Program-made: the position numbers and the translations under genes | The notes under the pieces: generated by a model | What the model was told of the DNA's origin: nothing | Seen by the model: only the letters and a program-made list of their open reading frames with translations | Database searches by the model: none | Origin: a virus | Lineage: Duplodnaviria > Caudoviricetes | Length of the DNA stretch: 37,040 nt | Direction: 5' to 3' (one strand) | Virus record (IMG/VR): IMGVR_UViG_3300032373_000055 | Coordinates: 1-37,040 of that record | Shown here: piece by piece, positions 15,112 through 25,322 of the stretch | Layout: every line of letters starts with the position of its first letter | Numbering within the stretch: position 1 is the first letter of the stretch

Positions 15112-15564
15112 ATGTCAAAGCCTGGGCCTAAGTCGGACTTAACAAACGTATCAGCGTTACCCTTGAGTGAAGAACCTCAGGCGGCGCATATCGCGAAGGC
15201 TGAAGCGTTACGCCCTGATGATTTGAGTCCTGAAGAGGTAGCGGTGTGGGATCGTCTCGCGCCGGTCTTGGTTATGGTTGGTAGGTTGCGCGCCCATTAT
15301 GTTGATGCGCTTGCGCAATATTGCGTTGTTTGCGTCCGGTTGAAAGAGGCTCGAAAAACGCTTGATAAAGAAGATTGGTTTTATGTAACTGAGGGCCGAA
15401 ATGGCAAGCAGCACAAAGCACGGCCTGAAGTCGCGCAGTTAAATGACGACTGGCGCAAGTGGCGGTCGTTGAATGGTGATTTTGGTTTGACGCCCTATAG
15501 TGAGCGCGTCCTGAAGGATGATGGTCAGCGTGGCTTGTTTGATGATGGTTTTGATGAGTTCTGA
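15112..15564 (+). CDS. terS: Terminase small subunit (P27 family)
   Basis: PGPK start, W.RL...L, LAQYC, FGLTP.. Confidence 0.88.
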   Translation: MSKPGPKSDLTNVSALPLSEEPQAAHIAKAEALRPDDLSPEEVAVWDRLAPVLVMVGRLRAHYVDALAQYCVVCVRLKEARKTLDKEDWFYVTEGRNGKQHKARPEVAQLNDDWRKWRSLNGDFGLTPYSERVLKDDGQRGLFDDGFDEF

Positions 15565-17264
15565 TGCGTGTCAATACAGCGGTCGCCGCTGCTGAGGGTC
15601 TAGCAAAGGCCAGTCAATACGCTGCTGATGTGTTAAGCGGTAAACAGGTTGTCGGTAAGCTAGTCCGGCTCGCTGTTGAGCGTGACCAGGAAGATTTAAA
15701 AGAAGCGCATAAGCGCGGCTTGATCTTTGACGATGAAGAGGCTGGGCGCGCCCTGGCAATGTTTGCGTATCTTCGGCATTCAAAGGGTGATTGGCGTGGC
15801 CAGCCGATAGTGCTTGAGCCGTGGCAGTGCTGGATTATCTCGCGCGTATTTGGTTGGGTGCATGAGGCAACTGGCTATCGTCGCTATAAAACAATTTATG
15901 AGGAAATCGCTAGAAAAAACGGTAAGACAACAAAGCTAGCGGGTGTGGCGCTTAAAGCGCTATGCAAGGATGGCGAAGGTGGGCCGGAAGTTTACAGCGC
16001 TGCTACCAAGCGTGATCAAGCGAAGATCATGTTTAACGAAGCGCGGCGAATGGCTAGACAATCAGCGCCACTTAAACGGCGTTTAGATGTTCAGACACAT
16101 AAAATTTTATATCCAAAAGCGGATGGTGAATTTGTGCCGCTCTCTGCTGACGGTGATGGGCTTGATGGCCTTAACCCGCACGCGGCGCTGGTTGATGAGT
16201 TGCACGCACATAAAACCTCTGAGGTTTGGGACGTTTTAGAGTCTGCGTTAGGTTCGCGTTCTCAGCCGTTGTTATGGGCGATTACCACAGCGGGCTTTAA
16301 TTTCGCGGGTATCTGTTATGAGGTGCGTGATTACGCAATCAAGGTACTAAACGGCGGGCTTGAAGATGATAGTTTTTTTGCCGCAATCTATACCATCGAT
16401 GATGATGATGATCATTTTGACGAAAAGAACTGGATAAAGGCTAACCCGAATTTAGGTGTGTCGGTTGGGCTTGAGTATTTACGTTCGCAGGCGCGTAAAG
16501 CAAAGGCGATGCCTCGCGCCCTGGTTAATTTCTTAACCAAGAATATGAATGTGTGGGTGGCTGGCGAATCGCTTTGGTGCAACGTGCCTAAGTGGAAAGC
16601 AGCCGGTAAAAAATACACCCTTGACGGTTTTATAAAGTGGGCGCGTAAGTTTGGCGCGGATGTGTATGGTGGATTAGATCTTGCGAACACTGAGGATATT
16701 GCGAGTCTAGGATTGATTGCGGTTATCCCTGGTGGCCGCTGGATAACGTGGTCAAAGCATTATTTACCTGAAGACACGGTAAATGAAAATATTAGAAAAA
16801 GCCCTGTGCCGTACAAGGTGTGGGAGCGCGAGGGTTGGTTAACGTTAACGCCTGGCTCCGTGTGTGATTACAACTACATTAAGGCTGATATTTTAGAGTT
16901 ACACGAAAAGATCGAGATACAGCAAATTAACTTTGATCGCTGGAATAGCTCGCAGCTCGTTAACGATCTGTTAGAAGAAAACATAAACATGGTTGGCTTT
17001 GGTCAGGGTTATGTATCGATGAACGCACCGATGAAGGAAATGGAGCGGCGCTACTTAACCAATCAAATAGTGCACCCGAATGATCCGGTGCTGAACTGGT
17101 CAATGAGCAACGTGGTTGCTCAACAAGATCCGGCGGGTAACATTAAACCGGCAAAAGATAAAAGCAAACAAAAAATTGATCCTTCAGTGGCGTTAATAAT
17201 GGCGGCGGGTGCAGCAATGCCCGCTAGTGAACCTGAACCTGAACCTGAGCTAGTGATATTGTAA
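15564..17264 (+). CDS. terL: Terminase large subunit
   Basis: LEPWQ, ARKNGKT, VDELHAH, ITTAG, GLDLA, KIDP. Confidence 0.97.
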   Translation: MRVNTAVAAAEGLAKASQYAADVLSGKQVVGKLVRLAVERDQEDLKEAHKRGLIFDDEEAGRALAMFAYLRHSKGDWRGQPIVLEPWQCWIISRVFGWVHEATGYRRYKTIYEEIARKNGKTTKLAGVALKALCKDGEGGPEVYSAATKRDQAKIMFNEARRMARQSAPLKRRLDVQTHKILYPKADGEFVPLSADGDGLDGLNPHAALVDELHAHKTSEVWDVLESALGSRSQPLLWAITTAGFNFAGICYEVRDYAIKVLNGGLEDDSFFAAIYTIDDDDDHFDEKNWIKANPNLGVSVGLEYLRSQARKAKAMPRALVNFLTKNMNVWVAGESLWCNVPKWKAAGKKYTLDGFIKWARKFGADVYGGLDLANTEDIASLGLIAVIPGGRWITWSKHYLPEDTVNENIRKSPVPYKVWEREGWLTLTPGSVCDYNYIKADILELHEKIEIQQINFDRWNSSQLVNDLLEENINMVGFGQGYVSMNAPMKEMERRYLTNQIVHPNDPVLNWSMSNVVAQQDPAGNIKPAKDKSKQKIDPSVALIMAAGAAMPASEPEPEPELVIL

Positions 17265-18517
17265 TGATGTTTCTTGGGAAACGAAAAAAGCAGGTTGCAG
17301 CGTTAGAAACGCAAGTAGCAGAGCTGACCGCTAAAGTTGCTAGTATTAGCAATTCGACGCCAATGCCGGAAATCGTGCGCGGCACTGATGTATTTTCCGC
17401 CTTCAGTGGCGCGCCTAGTAGCGCCGGGCCGGTCGTTAATGAACAAACGGCAATGTGTGTATCGGCGGTATATGCCTGCGTGCGTATTATTGCCGGTGCA
17501 ATTGCTGGCTTGCCTGTGCATGTGTTTGAAAAAAAATCAGGTCATCGTGAGCGTGTTGAGGATCATGATATTGCCTGGTTATTAAATAATCAGGCGAGCG
17601 ACGGCTGGACGGCGGCGGCGTTGTGGGAGTTTGTTATTTCATCCGTGCTATTGCCGGGTGATGGTTTCGCTGAAATCAAGCGGTCATATCGTGGTGATGC
17701 GCTAGCCCTTGAGCCTCATCACCCTCACCAAGTGCAGCCGTTGCGGCATGAAGGTCGAGTGGTCTATATCATTTATCCTGATGAGGGCGAAGCGTATGCG
17801 CTTGACCAGGATGACATGTTGCATGTGCCGGGGCTTGGTTTTAATGGCCTCTATAGTATGTCGCCAATCAAGTACGCCGCAAAACAGGCCGTTGGTATCG
17901 CGCTTGCTGCGGATCAGTACAGCGCTGAATTCTTCAGTAATGGCGCAAAGCCTGATTTTGCAATCACCACGCCGAATACGCCGGACGACAAACAAAAAAA
18001 CTTGCTGCGTGAGACGTGGTATGAAAAGCATCAGGGTGCCGGTAAACATCATCTTCCCGCGATTCTTGCGGGTGGTATGGATATCAAGCAACTAACGATG
18101 TCGGCAGAGGATGCGCAGCTAATCGCAACACGGCAGTTTCAGGTGGTTGACATTGGGCGCGTGTACGGCGTGCCGCCGGATATGCTTTCGGCGACTGAAA
18201 AAACAACCGCGTGGGGCACGGGCATCGAGCAGATGACTATCGGTTTTATGCGCTTTACCCTTCGCTCATATTTAACGCGCGCTGAACAAGAGGTAAACCG
18301 CAAGCTCTTTGGTCGCGGTAAATCATTTGCTGAGTTCAATGTGGATGGTTTGCTTCGTGGTGACTCTAAAGCGCAAGCAGAATATTACAAGGCGGCGCTT
18401 GGTGGCCCTGGTGCGCAAGGCTGGATGGCTCTCAATGAGGTGCGGCGGCGTCAAAATTTACCGCCGGTTAAAAACGGTGACGAAGTAATTATTTCGGGTG
18501 GGGCGAATGAAAAATAG
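17264..18517 (+). CDS. HK97-family portal protein
   Basis: SAVYACV, MSPI, FFSNGAKP, YGVPP, LLRGD motifs. Confidence 0.96.
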   Translation: MMFLGKRKKQVAALETQVAELTAKVASISNSTPMPEIVRGTDVFSAFSGAPSSAGPVVNEQTAMCVSAVYACVRIIAGAIAGLPVHVFEKKSGHRERVEDHDIAWLLNNQASDGWTAAALWEFVISSVLLPGDGFAEIKRSYRGDALALEPHHPHQVQPLRHEGRVVYIIYPDEGEAYALDQDDMLHVPGLGFNGLYSMSPIKYAAKQAVGIALAADQYSAEFFSNGAKPDFAITTPNTPDDKQKNLLRETWYEKHQGAGKHHLPAILAGGMDIKQLTMSAEDAQLIATRQFQVVDIGRVYGVPPDMLSATEKTTAWGTGIEQMTIGFMRFTLRSYLTRAEQEVNRKLFGRGKSFAEFNVDGLLRGDSKAQAEYYKAALGGPGAQGWMALNEVRRRQNLPPVKNGDEVIISGGANEK

Positions 18518-19235
18518 ACTGCTACAACTAGCGCTTGATAACAAGCAAATAAAGAGCGATTACAGAATCCAGGCATCCGAATCTGGCGAAGAAGCCACGG
18601 TGTATCTTTATGGGGCTATCGGTGAATATTTCGGTATTGACCCTGAGCAATTCGTGCGGGACTTTACGGCGATTACAGCGCCGGTGATTAAGTTGAGAAT
18701 AAAATCACCCGGTGGCGATGTGTTTGATGCGCGCGCGATTGCCTTGGCTGTAAAAATGCACACGTCAAAAGTAATTGGTTATATAGACGGGTTAGCGGCG
18801 TCGGCATCCACGTATATAGCGACTTCGTGTGATGAGTTAGAAATTGGTAACGGTAGTTTCTTTATGATCCACAACGGGTGGACGCTTGGCCTTGGTAATC
18901 GTCACGACTTCGCGAAGCTCGCGGGTTTTCTCGAAAAAGTAGACGGTACCATAGTGGATGACTATGAAGCTAAAACGTCACTACCGAGGGAGCAGCTCGC
19001 GTCCTGGATGGATGAGGAGACGTGGTTTACGGCAGCGGAGGCGGTGGAGCATGGTTTTGCTGATCGCTTATTTGGTGATGATGTGGATGCGGATGATTCG
19101 CCACAAGACAAATGGAACCTGTCGGCCTATGTAAACGCACCGAAAGCGCTTACAGAGCCGCCTGAGAAAGAAGAAATTGAACATGATCGTGCAGCGCTAG
19201 TCCGCCGCATGCACATGTTAAACGTGATTGGCTAG
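18507..19235 (+). CDS. ClpP-type (S14) prohead maturation protease
   Basis: SPGGDVF, GLAASAST, FMIHN, ETWFTAAEAVEHGFAD. Confidence 0.94.
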   Translation: MKNRLLQLALDNKQIKSDYRIQASESGEEATVYLYGAIGEYFGIDPEQFVRDFTAITAPVIKLRIKSPGGDVFDARAIALAVKMHTSKVIGYIDGLAASASTYIATSCDELEIGNGSFFMIHNGWTLGLGNRHDFAKLAGFLEKVDGTIVDDYEAKTSLPREQLASWMDEETWFTAAEAVEHGFADRLFGDDVDADDSPQDKWNLSAYVNAPKALTEPPEKEEIEHDRAALVRRMHMLNVIG

Positions 19236-19254
19236 CGGTTTCCCGCAAGCTGAA

Positions 19255-19281
19255 ACTTGCCCGCCGTGAGCGGGTTTTTTT
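19255..19281 (+). terminator. Terminator-like hairpin before capsid gene
   Basis: GC-rich stem ending GCGGG followed by a 7-T run. Confidence 0.5.
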
Positions 19282-19306
19282 GTACCCAACGAAGAGGAAA
19301 AAGACT

Positions 19307-20563
19307 ATGAGCATACAAGCTCTGCGGGAAAAGCGCGCGGCCGCTGGCCTTAAATTAAAAGCGCTTGTTGAGGTTGAGGACGGCGCGACGGCGAAGGCGA
19401 AGGCGTGGACGGCGGAAAATCAAAGTAGTTACGATCAGTTAGTGGCTGAGATTGAGGACATAGACGGCAATATTGAGCGCCATCAAAAGTCGCTCGATGT
19501 TGCCGCAAAGAGCGCTAATGAAATCCGCGCTATTTCTGAGAAGCGTGGAATCTCAGTTGATTACGCCGCTGAAGTTCAGCGCGAAGTTAGCAATATGCTC
19601 GCCGCGTGGGTGCGTAATGGTGTTGCGGGTTTGAATGAAGAGCAGGCGCGCATACAGCAGAGCCGTTTCCTTGAGATTCGCAACGTAATGTCAACGGGCA
19701 CGGGCGCTGAAGGTAGGTTTACTGTACCAACTGAAATGGCGCGCACTATGTCAGAAGCGATGGCAGCGTATGGCGGTATGCGTGAAGCTGGGGAAGTGTT
19801 TAGAACAGAGGGTGGTGCTGCTATGCCTTACCCTACTACTGATGGAACGGCTGAGGAGGGTGAGATTATTGCAGAAAATCAGACCGCTACTGATGAAGAT
19901 CCTAACTTTGGCACGCTCTCGCTAGACACGCATAAATTCAGCTCCAAGGTCATCACCGTTCCCTTTGAGCTTATTCAGGATAGCGCCTTTGATATTGAGG
20001 CGTTTGTGCGTGGACGTATTGAGCAGCGTTTGGGGCGCATTACGAACAGAATGTACACGGTCGGCACTGGTGTTGCTCAGCCAAACGGCGTAGTGACTGC
20101 GTCGCTAGCCGGTAAGGTTGGTTTGACTGGGCAAACGGCAAGCGTGATTTTTGATGACCTTGTGGATCTTGAGCATAGCGTTGACCCTTCCTATCGTTCT
20201 GCGCCTGGGTGCGGTTACATGTTTCATGATACGACCCTACGCGAGCTTAAAAAGCTTAAAGATACAACCGGCCGCCCGCTTTGGTTAGCGGGGCATGACG
20301 TTGCTGCGCCGGATTTGATTAATGGTAAGCCTTATCGTATCAATCAGGATGTAGCGCCAATGGCTGCAAATGCTCGGTCTATTTTGTTCGGTGATTTTAA
20401 GCATTACAAAATCCGCGATGTAATGGCAATACTGTTGTTTCGATTTAATGATTCTGCATATGCGAAGCTTGGTCAGGTTGGTTTTCTCGCGTGGATGCGT
20501 TCAGGTGGCAATCTAATCGATGTTGGTGGTGCCGTTAAGCACTACCAGAATCCCGCAACCTAG
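19307..20563 (+). CDS. Major capsid protein (HK97 fold with delta domain)
   Basis: Coiled-coil N-terminus, ELIQDS, GTG..QP.G, LKDTTGRPLW, FGDF; GAGG RBS. Confidence 0.96.
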   Translation: MSIQALREKRAAAGLKLKALVEVEDGATAKAKAWTAENQSSYDQLVAEIEDIDGNIERHQKSLDVAAKSANEIRAISEKRGISVDYAAEVQREVSNMLAAWVRNGVAGLNEEQARIQQSRFLEIRNVMSTGTGAEGRFTVPTEMARTMSEAMAAYGGMREAGEVFRTEGGAAMPYPTTDGTAEEGEIIAENQTATDEDPNFGTLSLDTHKFSSKVITVPFELIQDSAFDIEAFVRGRIEQRLGRITNRMYTVGTGVAQPNGVVTASLAGKVGLTGQTASVIFDDLVDLEHSVDPSYRSAPGCGYMFHDTTLRELKKLKDTTGRPLWLAGHDVAAPDLINGKPYRINQDVAPMAANARSILFGDFKHYKIRDVMAILLFRFNDSAYAKLGQVGFLAWMRSGGNLIDVGGAVKHYQNPAT

Positions 20564-20632
20564 TTAATTTCACAATCAGTATGCCGGGCGTTGTCCCGGT
20601 CATATTTTTCGCGTTTAAAAGGGGTAGTGGTG

Positions 20633-20956
20633 ATGAAAGTTAAAGTGATATTAGCAGTTGATTCTGCGCTTGGTAAGAAAGGTGCGTCCGTTGAGGTTAA
20701 TCAGGCAGATATCCCTCAGCTGGTCGCTGATGGCAAGATTGTTCAGCCGCAAGAGCTGTCTACTAATGAGAGTGTGGCGCGCAGCGGTAAAGCCGAAAAG
20801 GTAAAGGCGCGCGTTCTGGTTGATTGCGCTTTAGGTAAGGTCAACTCGCTTGCCTTGGTTGATTCTGATCAGGTTGAGCAGTTAAGGAAAGATGGGAAAA
20901 TTGACCCGTCAACGGCGGCGGTTGAATACGCGGAATCACTGAAGCGCGCTAAATAA
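20633..20956 (+). CDS. Small head-associated protein with two internal repeats
   Basis: VKVILAVDSALGKKG...LVADGKI and VKARVLVDCALGKVN...LRKDGKI. Confidence 0.75.
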   Translation: MKVKVILAVDSALGKKGASVEVNQADIPQLVADGKIVQPQELSTNESVARSGKAEKVKARVLVDCALGKVNSLALVDSDQVEQLRKDGKIDPSTAAVEYAESLKRAK

Positions 20957-20978
20957 TAAAGTCGGGTAGTTAAAACCA

Positions 20979-21006
20979 CAAAGCCGCGCAAGTCGCGGCT
21001 TTATTC
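20979..21006 (+). terminator. Rho-independent terminator candidate
   Basis: AAAGCCGCG/CGCGGCTTT hairpin. Confidence 0.6.
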
Positions 21007-21028
21007 CATTTACAGTATCGGGGGCATC

Positions 21029-21634
21029 ATGGCAGCAAAAACAGACACAGAAGAGAATGACCACATCCGCGCGGCATTCCGCTCACATGGTATTTTACCG
21101 TATCCGGGTGTTTCTGCCGCTGTCGCTGCGGGCGCTCGTTATTATGCAACTAACGTTTATGGCCCGTACATTCTTGAAGCAGAAAACAGCGGTACAACCA
21201 ATGCATCGGCGGAGCCTGCTTGGTCTGTCGGTCTTGGGGATATCACGCCTGATAACGACGTTAATTTTAAGTGTTATCACACCGGCACACTCAAGCGGCC
21301 TATATACATTGCATTGTTTACAGGCGCGCCGGGCGAAGCTGGCGGAGGTGTTGAGGTGGCAGGCGGCAGCTATGCGCGTGCGCAGTTAGACCCTGATGAT
21401 GCCAACTGGGCGGCACCTGTTGCCGGTAATGCGACTACGTCAAACCTTGCGCCGGTTACGTTTCCCGATCCATCGGCAGACTGGGGCAGCGTCACGCACT
21501 GGGCTGTAATGGACGCAGCAACGGGCGGCACTATGCGCAAGTATGCAGCGTTAATCGTACCGGCAGCTATTGCGCCGCCTTCGACTAATATCACGTTTGC
21601 GGCTGGCGCGTTGACATACCAAGAAGACAACTAG
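21029..21634 (+). CDS. Virion fibre-associated protein
   Basis: YIALFT..P...GGG.EV.GGSYAR...N...VTFP....DWG.VTH...DAATGG conserved phage pattern. Confidence 0.75.
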   Translation: MAAKTDTEENDHIRAAFRSHGILPYPGVSAAVAAGARYYATNVYGPYILEAENSGTTNASAEPAWSVGLGDITPDNDVNFKCYHTGTLKRPIYIALFTGAPGEAGGGVEVAGGSYARAQLDPDDANWAAPVAGNATTSNLAPVTFPDPSADWGSVTHWAVMDAATGGTMRKYAALIVPAAIAPPSTNITFAAGALTYQEDN

Positions 21635-21657
21635 CGCTACGCAACAAGGATTATTAA

Positions 21658-22467
21658 GTGCCTATATCAGAAAAGGTAATTGTCAATTTCCACTCGAGCG
21701 CGCCCGTGGCCGCTGAAGTTGCTAACAATATTGACGCTGTTATTGTCGGCACGAACGTGGCAGATCTTGTTGATATCAATAACGTCGCAACGGGGGTGTC
21801 GCTGTCTTGTGCTATTGCTGCTGGCAATCGCACCGCGCAGTGGGCTGGTACTGGGCGGGCAGTCGGTGCTGACCAGACGATTGCAGAGCTAAACGCAGAG
21901 GGGCAATCGCTGGCTGTATCAGCTGAGGGAGCGCCATTTGTCTGGGTGCTTCAGTTGCCGCCGTCACATGGCAACGTTGATATCGATATGGGTTGTTGTA
22001 CTACGTACGGCGGTCAAGTTGATATGCATTTTGCGGCGAACGGTGTCATATTAAATGTCGCCAGTGGTGTTGGTACAAACAACGTCACAGGCCAGATGTT
22101 TACATTATCAAACGTAGCGCCAGATGGATCAGATCAAATAGTTATTACATTAGACAACAATGGGCCTGTCGCCGATTTCGCGTACTTAAATGGCATTATT
22201 ATTCACCCGGTCAGCGCGCCGACTGGTAACAGTGCAACTGACACATTGCTGGATGGCGCAGATAATCCGATCGCATCGCAGACGCTAGATTTTTTCATGA
22301 CTGAGACATGGGGCGGCGCTGCGACTGATAGTGGTACTTTAACAACGAATGCAAGCGGGGTTTTTACTCTGTCGGGATTAACTGCTGCGGTCGGCAATAA
22401 CTGGCTGCACATTAAAAACCAGGCTGACGCTAACATTGTGTCGTCATTTATCGTCACGGTCACATAA
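21658..22467 (+). CDS. Beta-rich virion protein (lectin-like plus Ig-like domain, inferred)
   Basis: Acidic, Asn/Thr/Gly-rich; AAGGA RBS; within structural operon. Confidence 0.65.
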   Translation: MPISEKVIVNFHSSAPVAAEVANNIDAVIVGTNVADLVDINNVATGVSLSCAIAAGNRTAQWAGTGRAVGADQTIAELNAEGQSLAVSAEGAPFVWVLQLPPSHGNVDIDMGCCTTYGGQVDMHFAANGVILNVASGVGTNNVTGQMFTLSNVAPDGSDQIVITLDNNGPVADFAYLNGIIIHPVSAPTGNSATDTLLDGADNPIASQTLDFFMTETWGGAATDSGTLTTNASGVFTLSGLTAAVGNNWLHIKNQADANIVSSFIVTVT

Positions 22468-23927
22468 TGCCCCGCTATCTAAGAACAGCGCAGGGCGTTG
22501 GCGGTCGCCGACTGCAAACATCCCTGCAATCAGTCGGTGGCGGTAGCAGCTACGACGATCCATTTGATGGTACTGGCGCGCTAGATCCTAAATGGCTCAA
22601 CTATCAAGCGGCGGCAGTGCCTGGCGTGCAGCGAAATGCGGGATTTTATCGAGCCGACATCACAGACAACACCTCAGATGTTACTCTATGGTTTCACGGC
22701 AGCACTGGCAGATTCGACTATCAAGGCGTTACATTTCCGTTAGCAGGTGTTGATGAGTATGTTTTTAATGACGTAGGGATTGGCCCAACATCAAATCCAT
22801 CTGCCAATCACGTGTTTGCCTCTGACGCATTTAATTTTTGCGGCATTATGATACATAACGACAGTTTTTCCCTGCCAAACTATATGTTCCAGGTTGTCGG
22901 GCATCGAAGCTTTCTTGCACAATCGACATTAGAGCTTAAGTCTACAGTCGATGGTGGTAGTTCGATGTACGACGTAGGCACTGATGCTATCGGCGCTGGT
23001 GTTACGCATTGTGATATGCGTGTGCGACTACACAGCGATGGTGCAGTTGATTTTGCATATCGCGCCGTGGGCGGTGGCGGATGGACGCTGCCTGGTGGGG
23101 ATGGTTTAACGCCTACGCCCCGCCCCGCACTGGGCGCAGCTGGTGACACTGTTTACCTGGGTTTAATCACTTACGCACAAGATACGGCGGGGCTGCCGTT
23201 TGCTGGTACGGTCGATAGCGTATCGACGTTAGCGGGTGGCACAGCTGTCCCCTTATCTGGTGCGGCTGTATCGTTAGCAACGGCGGCGGGCGTAATCACA
23301 ACAAGTATGCCGATAACCGGCAGCGCTGCTAGCATCACAAACGCAAACGGCGCGCTCTCTGCAACAATTAACATTAATGGTGCGGCGGTAGCAGAGGCAA
23401 TAGCGGCGGCGGCACTATCATCAGGTATCGCGTTGGCGGGTGACGCGGTAGCTGCTGCAATAGCAACCGGCGGCCTCTCTATTAATTTAGGGTTAAATGG
23501 CAGCGCGGTAAGTGAAGCAGCTGCAAGCGGCGTTTTGTCATCATCGGGTGCGGTGTCATTATCAGGCAATGCCGCAGCAAGTGCGGATGCAAGCGCAGCG
23601 CTAACGATGGAGATCCCAATCAGCGGCGCATCAATGTCAACCAGCGGCGCAAGCGGTAGCCTCGGTGCAATATTTCCACTATCAGGTGGTGGTGCGTCGG
23701 TCACAACAGCAGTTGGCGCTTTAAATATAGGTTTTAATCTAGCAGGCAATGCTAATGCATCATCTTTGGCAGATGGCACAATCACTTTTCGCGTCAACCT
23801 TAGTGCGGCGGCGGTGTCTCAGGCATCGGCGGCGGGTGCGTTGAATCTTGGTGGTGATCATAAAAAGGCATCCTCGTCGCGCCTGTCTACTGTAAGGCAC
23901 GAAAGCCGACATGTTGTTGTTAAATAA
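22467..23927 (+). CDS. Fibre protein: N-terminal lectin-like domain plus Ala/Gly/Ser repeat stalk
   Basis: Repeats of roughly 21-22 aa (L.G.A...a.a.G.L) in the C-terminal half. Confidence 0.7.
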   Translation: MPRYLRTAQGVGGRRLQTSLQSVGGGSSYDDPFDGTGALDPKWLNYQAAAVPGVQRNAGFYRADITDNTSDVTLWFHGSTGRFDYQGVTFPLAGVDEYVFNDVGIGPTSNPSANHVFASDAFNFCGIMIHNDSFSLPNYMFQVVGHRSFLAQSTLELKSTVDGGSSMYDVGTDAIGAGVTHCDMRVRLHSDGAVDFAYRAVGGGGWTLPGGDGLTPTPRPALGAAGDTVYLGLITYAQDTAGLPFAGTVDSVSTLAGGTAVPLSGAAVSLATAAGVITTSMPITGSAASITNANGALSATININGAAVAEAIAAAALSSGIALAGDAVAAAIATGGLSINLGLNGSAVSEAAASGVLSSSGAVSLSGNAAASADASAALTMEIPISGASMSTSGASGSLGAIFPLSGGGASVTTAVGALNIGFNLAGNANASSLADGTITFRVNLSAAAVSQASAAGALNLGGDHKKASSSRLSTVRHESRHVVVK

Positions 23928-23941
23928 TCGCGAGTGATGGC

Positions 23942-24214
23942 ATGAAAACGTATGAAAAAAAGCCTGATGAGGTGCTTGATTATGGTTTCGACTGGTCAAA
24001 AGAATTTCCAGACGATCCCGTGCAGACGTCTACGTGGGTAATTGATGCAGGCTTAACGACGCATGATTTAACGCATGACGCGTCATCCACCACATTCTGG
24101 GCGTCGGGTGGTATGTTGCGCGCGAGATATTACGCTGTAAACAGGGTCACAACTGTAGGCGGGCGTACTGCGTCGCGCGATATGTTAATAGAAATAGTAA
24201 AAAGGCGCGGGTAA
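23942..24214 (+). CDS. Fibre adaptor-like protein
   Basis: KKPDEVLDYGFDW...STW...FW.SGG...Y...NRVTT.GGRT pattern. Confidence 0.75.
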   Translation: MKTYEKKPDEVLDYGFDWSKEFPDDPVQTSTWVIDAGLTTHDLTHDASSTTFWASGGMLRARYYAVNRVTTVGGRTASRDMLIEIVKRRG

Positions 24215-24792
24215 TGTCATATCGTCAAATAATTGGGCCGGATGATGAGCCGCTAGAGCCGAATGAAGTGATCAATCACCTTGAGCTTAATAATGCGCAG
24301 GCAGAAAAAGCATGGTCAAGAATACGCATGCTAATCGCTGTTGCGAGAGAAGAAGTGGAGGGTGAAATAAATCGCGCACTACTCACGCAAACGTGGGAGG
24401 CGCGCTTAAATAAGCTCTCGTGCCCGATTGTGTTGCCCGTGCAAAATGTACAATCGGTTGCGTCGGTTGTGTACCTGGATGCCGATGGTGTTGAGCAAAC
24501 GCTGGCGTCGGATCAATACAAGCTAACCGGCTGGGATAACCGCGAATTAATCCCGGCTTATAACGTCACCTGGCCCGCTGTGCGCGGCGATGCAGATTGC
24601 GTGACGATTCGATGGGTGGCTGGTTATGGTGATGACGGTGCTGATGTGCCGAAAAAAATAAAACAATGGATGCTGAATCGAATCGGTACGCTGTTTGAGC
24701 ATCGTGAGCAAATCATTGTTGCTGCGTCCGTCGAAAAAACACCATTCATTGATAATTTGCTCGATAAATTCCGCGTGTGTGAATACGGATGA
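24214..24792 (+). CDS. Head-tail connector/adaptor (gp6 or phiE125 gp8-like)
   Basis: EP....HL, RALLTQTW, AGYG....VP..IKQWML......EHRE. Confidence 0.9.
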   Translation: MSYRQIIGPDDEPLEPNEVINHLELNNAQAEKAWSRIRMLIAVAREEVEGEINRALLTQTWEARLNKLSCPIVLPVQNVQSVASVVYLDADGVEQTLASDQYKLTGWDNRELIPAYNVTWPAVRGDADCVTIRWVAGYGDDGADVPKKIKQWMLNRIGTLFEHREQIIVAASVEKTPFIDNLLDKFRVCEYG

Positions 24793-25322
24793 GGGCGGGG
24801 TTATTGCGTGATCAGCTCCAAGTGTGGGCGCTGGCTGGTAATCCCTGGGCTTCGGTTTTTGTTGATGATCTGGCGTGTGAAGTGCGCGCACCCAAAGGAG
24901 GCGGCGTGCAAGTTGGTTTGCGCTCGCCGGTTATTACAGAGATATTTGCGCGGAATAATTCGGGTGTTTCGGCGGGGGACTTTTTACGCACAGACGGCAG
25001 ACTGTGGGCGGTAGCAACGGTAATCGAAGGTAGGTATAAGACGGTTATCTCGGCGCATGAGCTAATCGGTGTTGATGCGCTTTATACGCCAGCGATTGGC
25101 GTGGCTTATACATTAAAAACATTCTTCGCAGAAAACGCGCCTCATTACGACGAAGGCGGCGCGGTTGGTTACGATCATATTATTGATGTACCTAAACTGG
25201 ATTTAGTAGCGAAGCCAGCGCGCGGCGATACCATCACCACGCGCGGCGTTGTTTGGTCGGTTGCGGGTCAGCCGGACGGCGGCGATGACGGCGCGGTGGT
25301 GCGGTTGATGGTGAATAAATGA
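24789..25322 (+). CDS. Head-closure (stopper) protein, apparently two domains
   Basis: MRAG.LR start; second half ends P.RGD.I...G..W.V. Confidence 0.75.
   Translation: MRAGLLRDQLQVWALAGNPWASVFVDDLACEVRAPKGGGVQVGLRSPVITEIFARNNSGVSAGDFLRTDGRLWAVATVIEGRYKTVISAHELIGVDALYTPAIGVAYTLKTFFAENAPHYDEGGAVGYDHIIDVPKLDLVAKPARGDTITTRGVVWSVAGQPDGGDDGAVVRLMVNK

Noticed and set aside
17229-17249. GAACCT x3 repeat at the end of terL as a contingency locus
   Set aside because: In-frame hexamer encoding an EPEPEP linker; no phase-variation consequence
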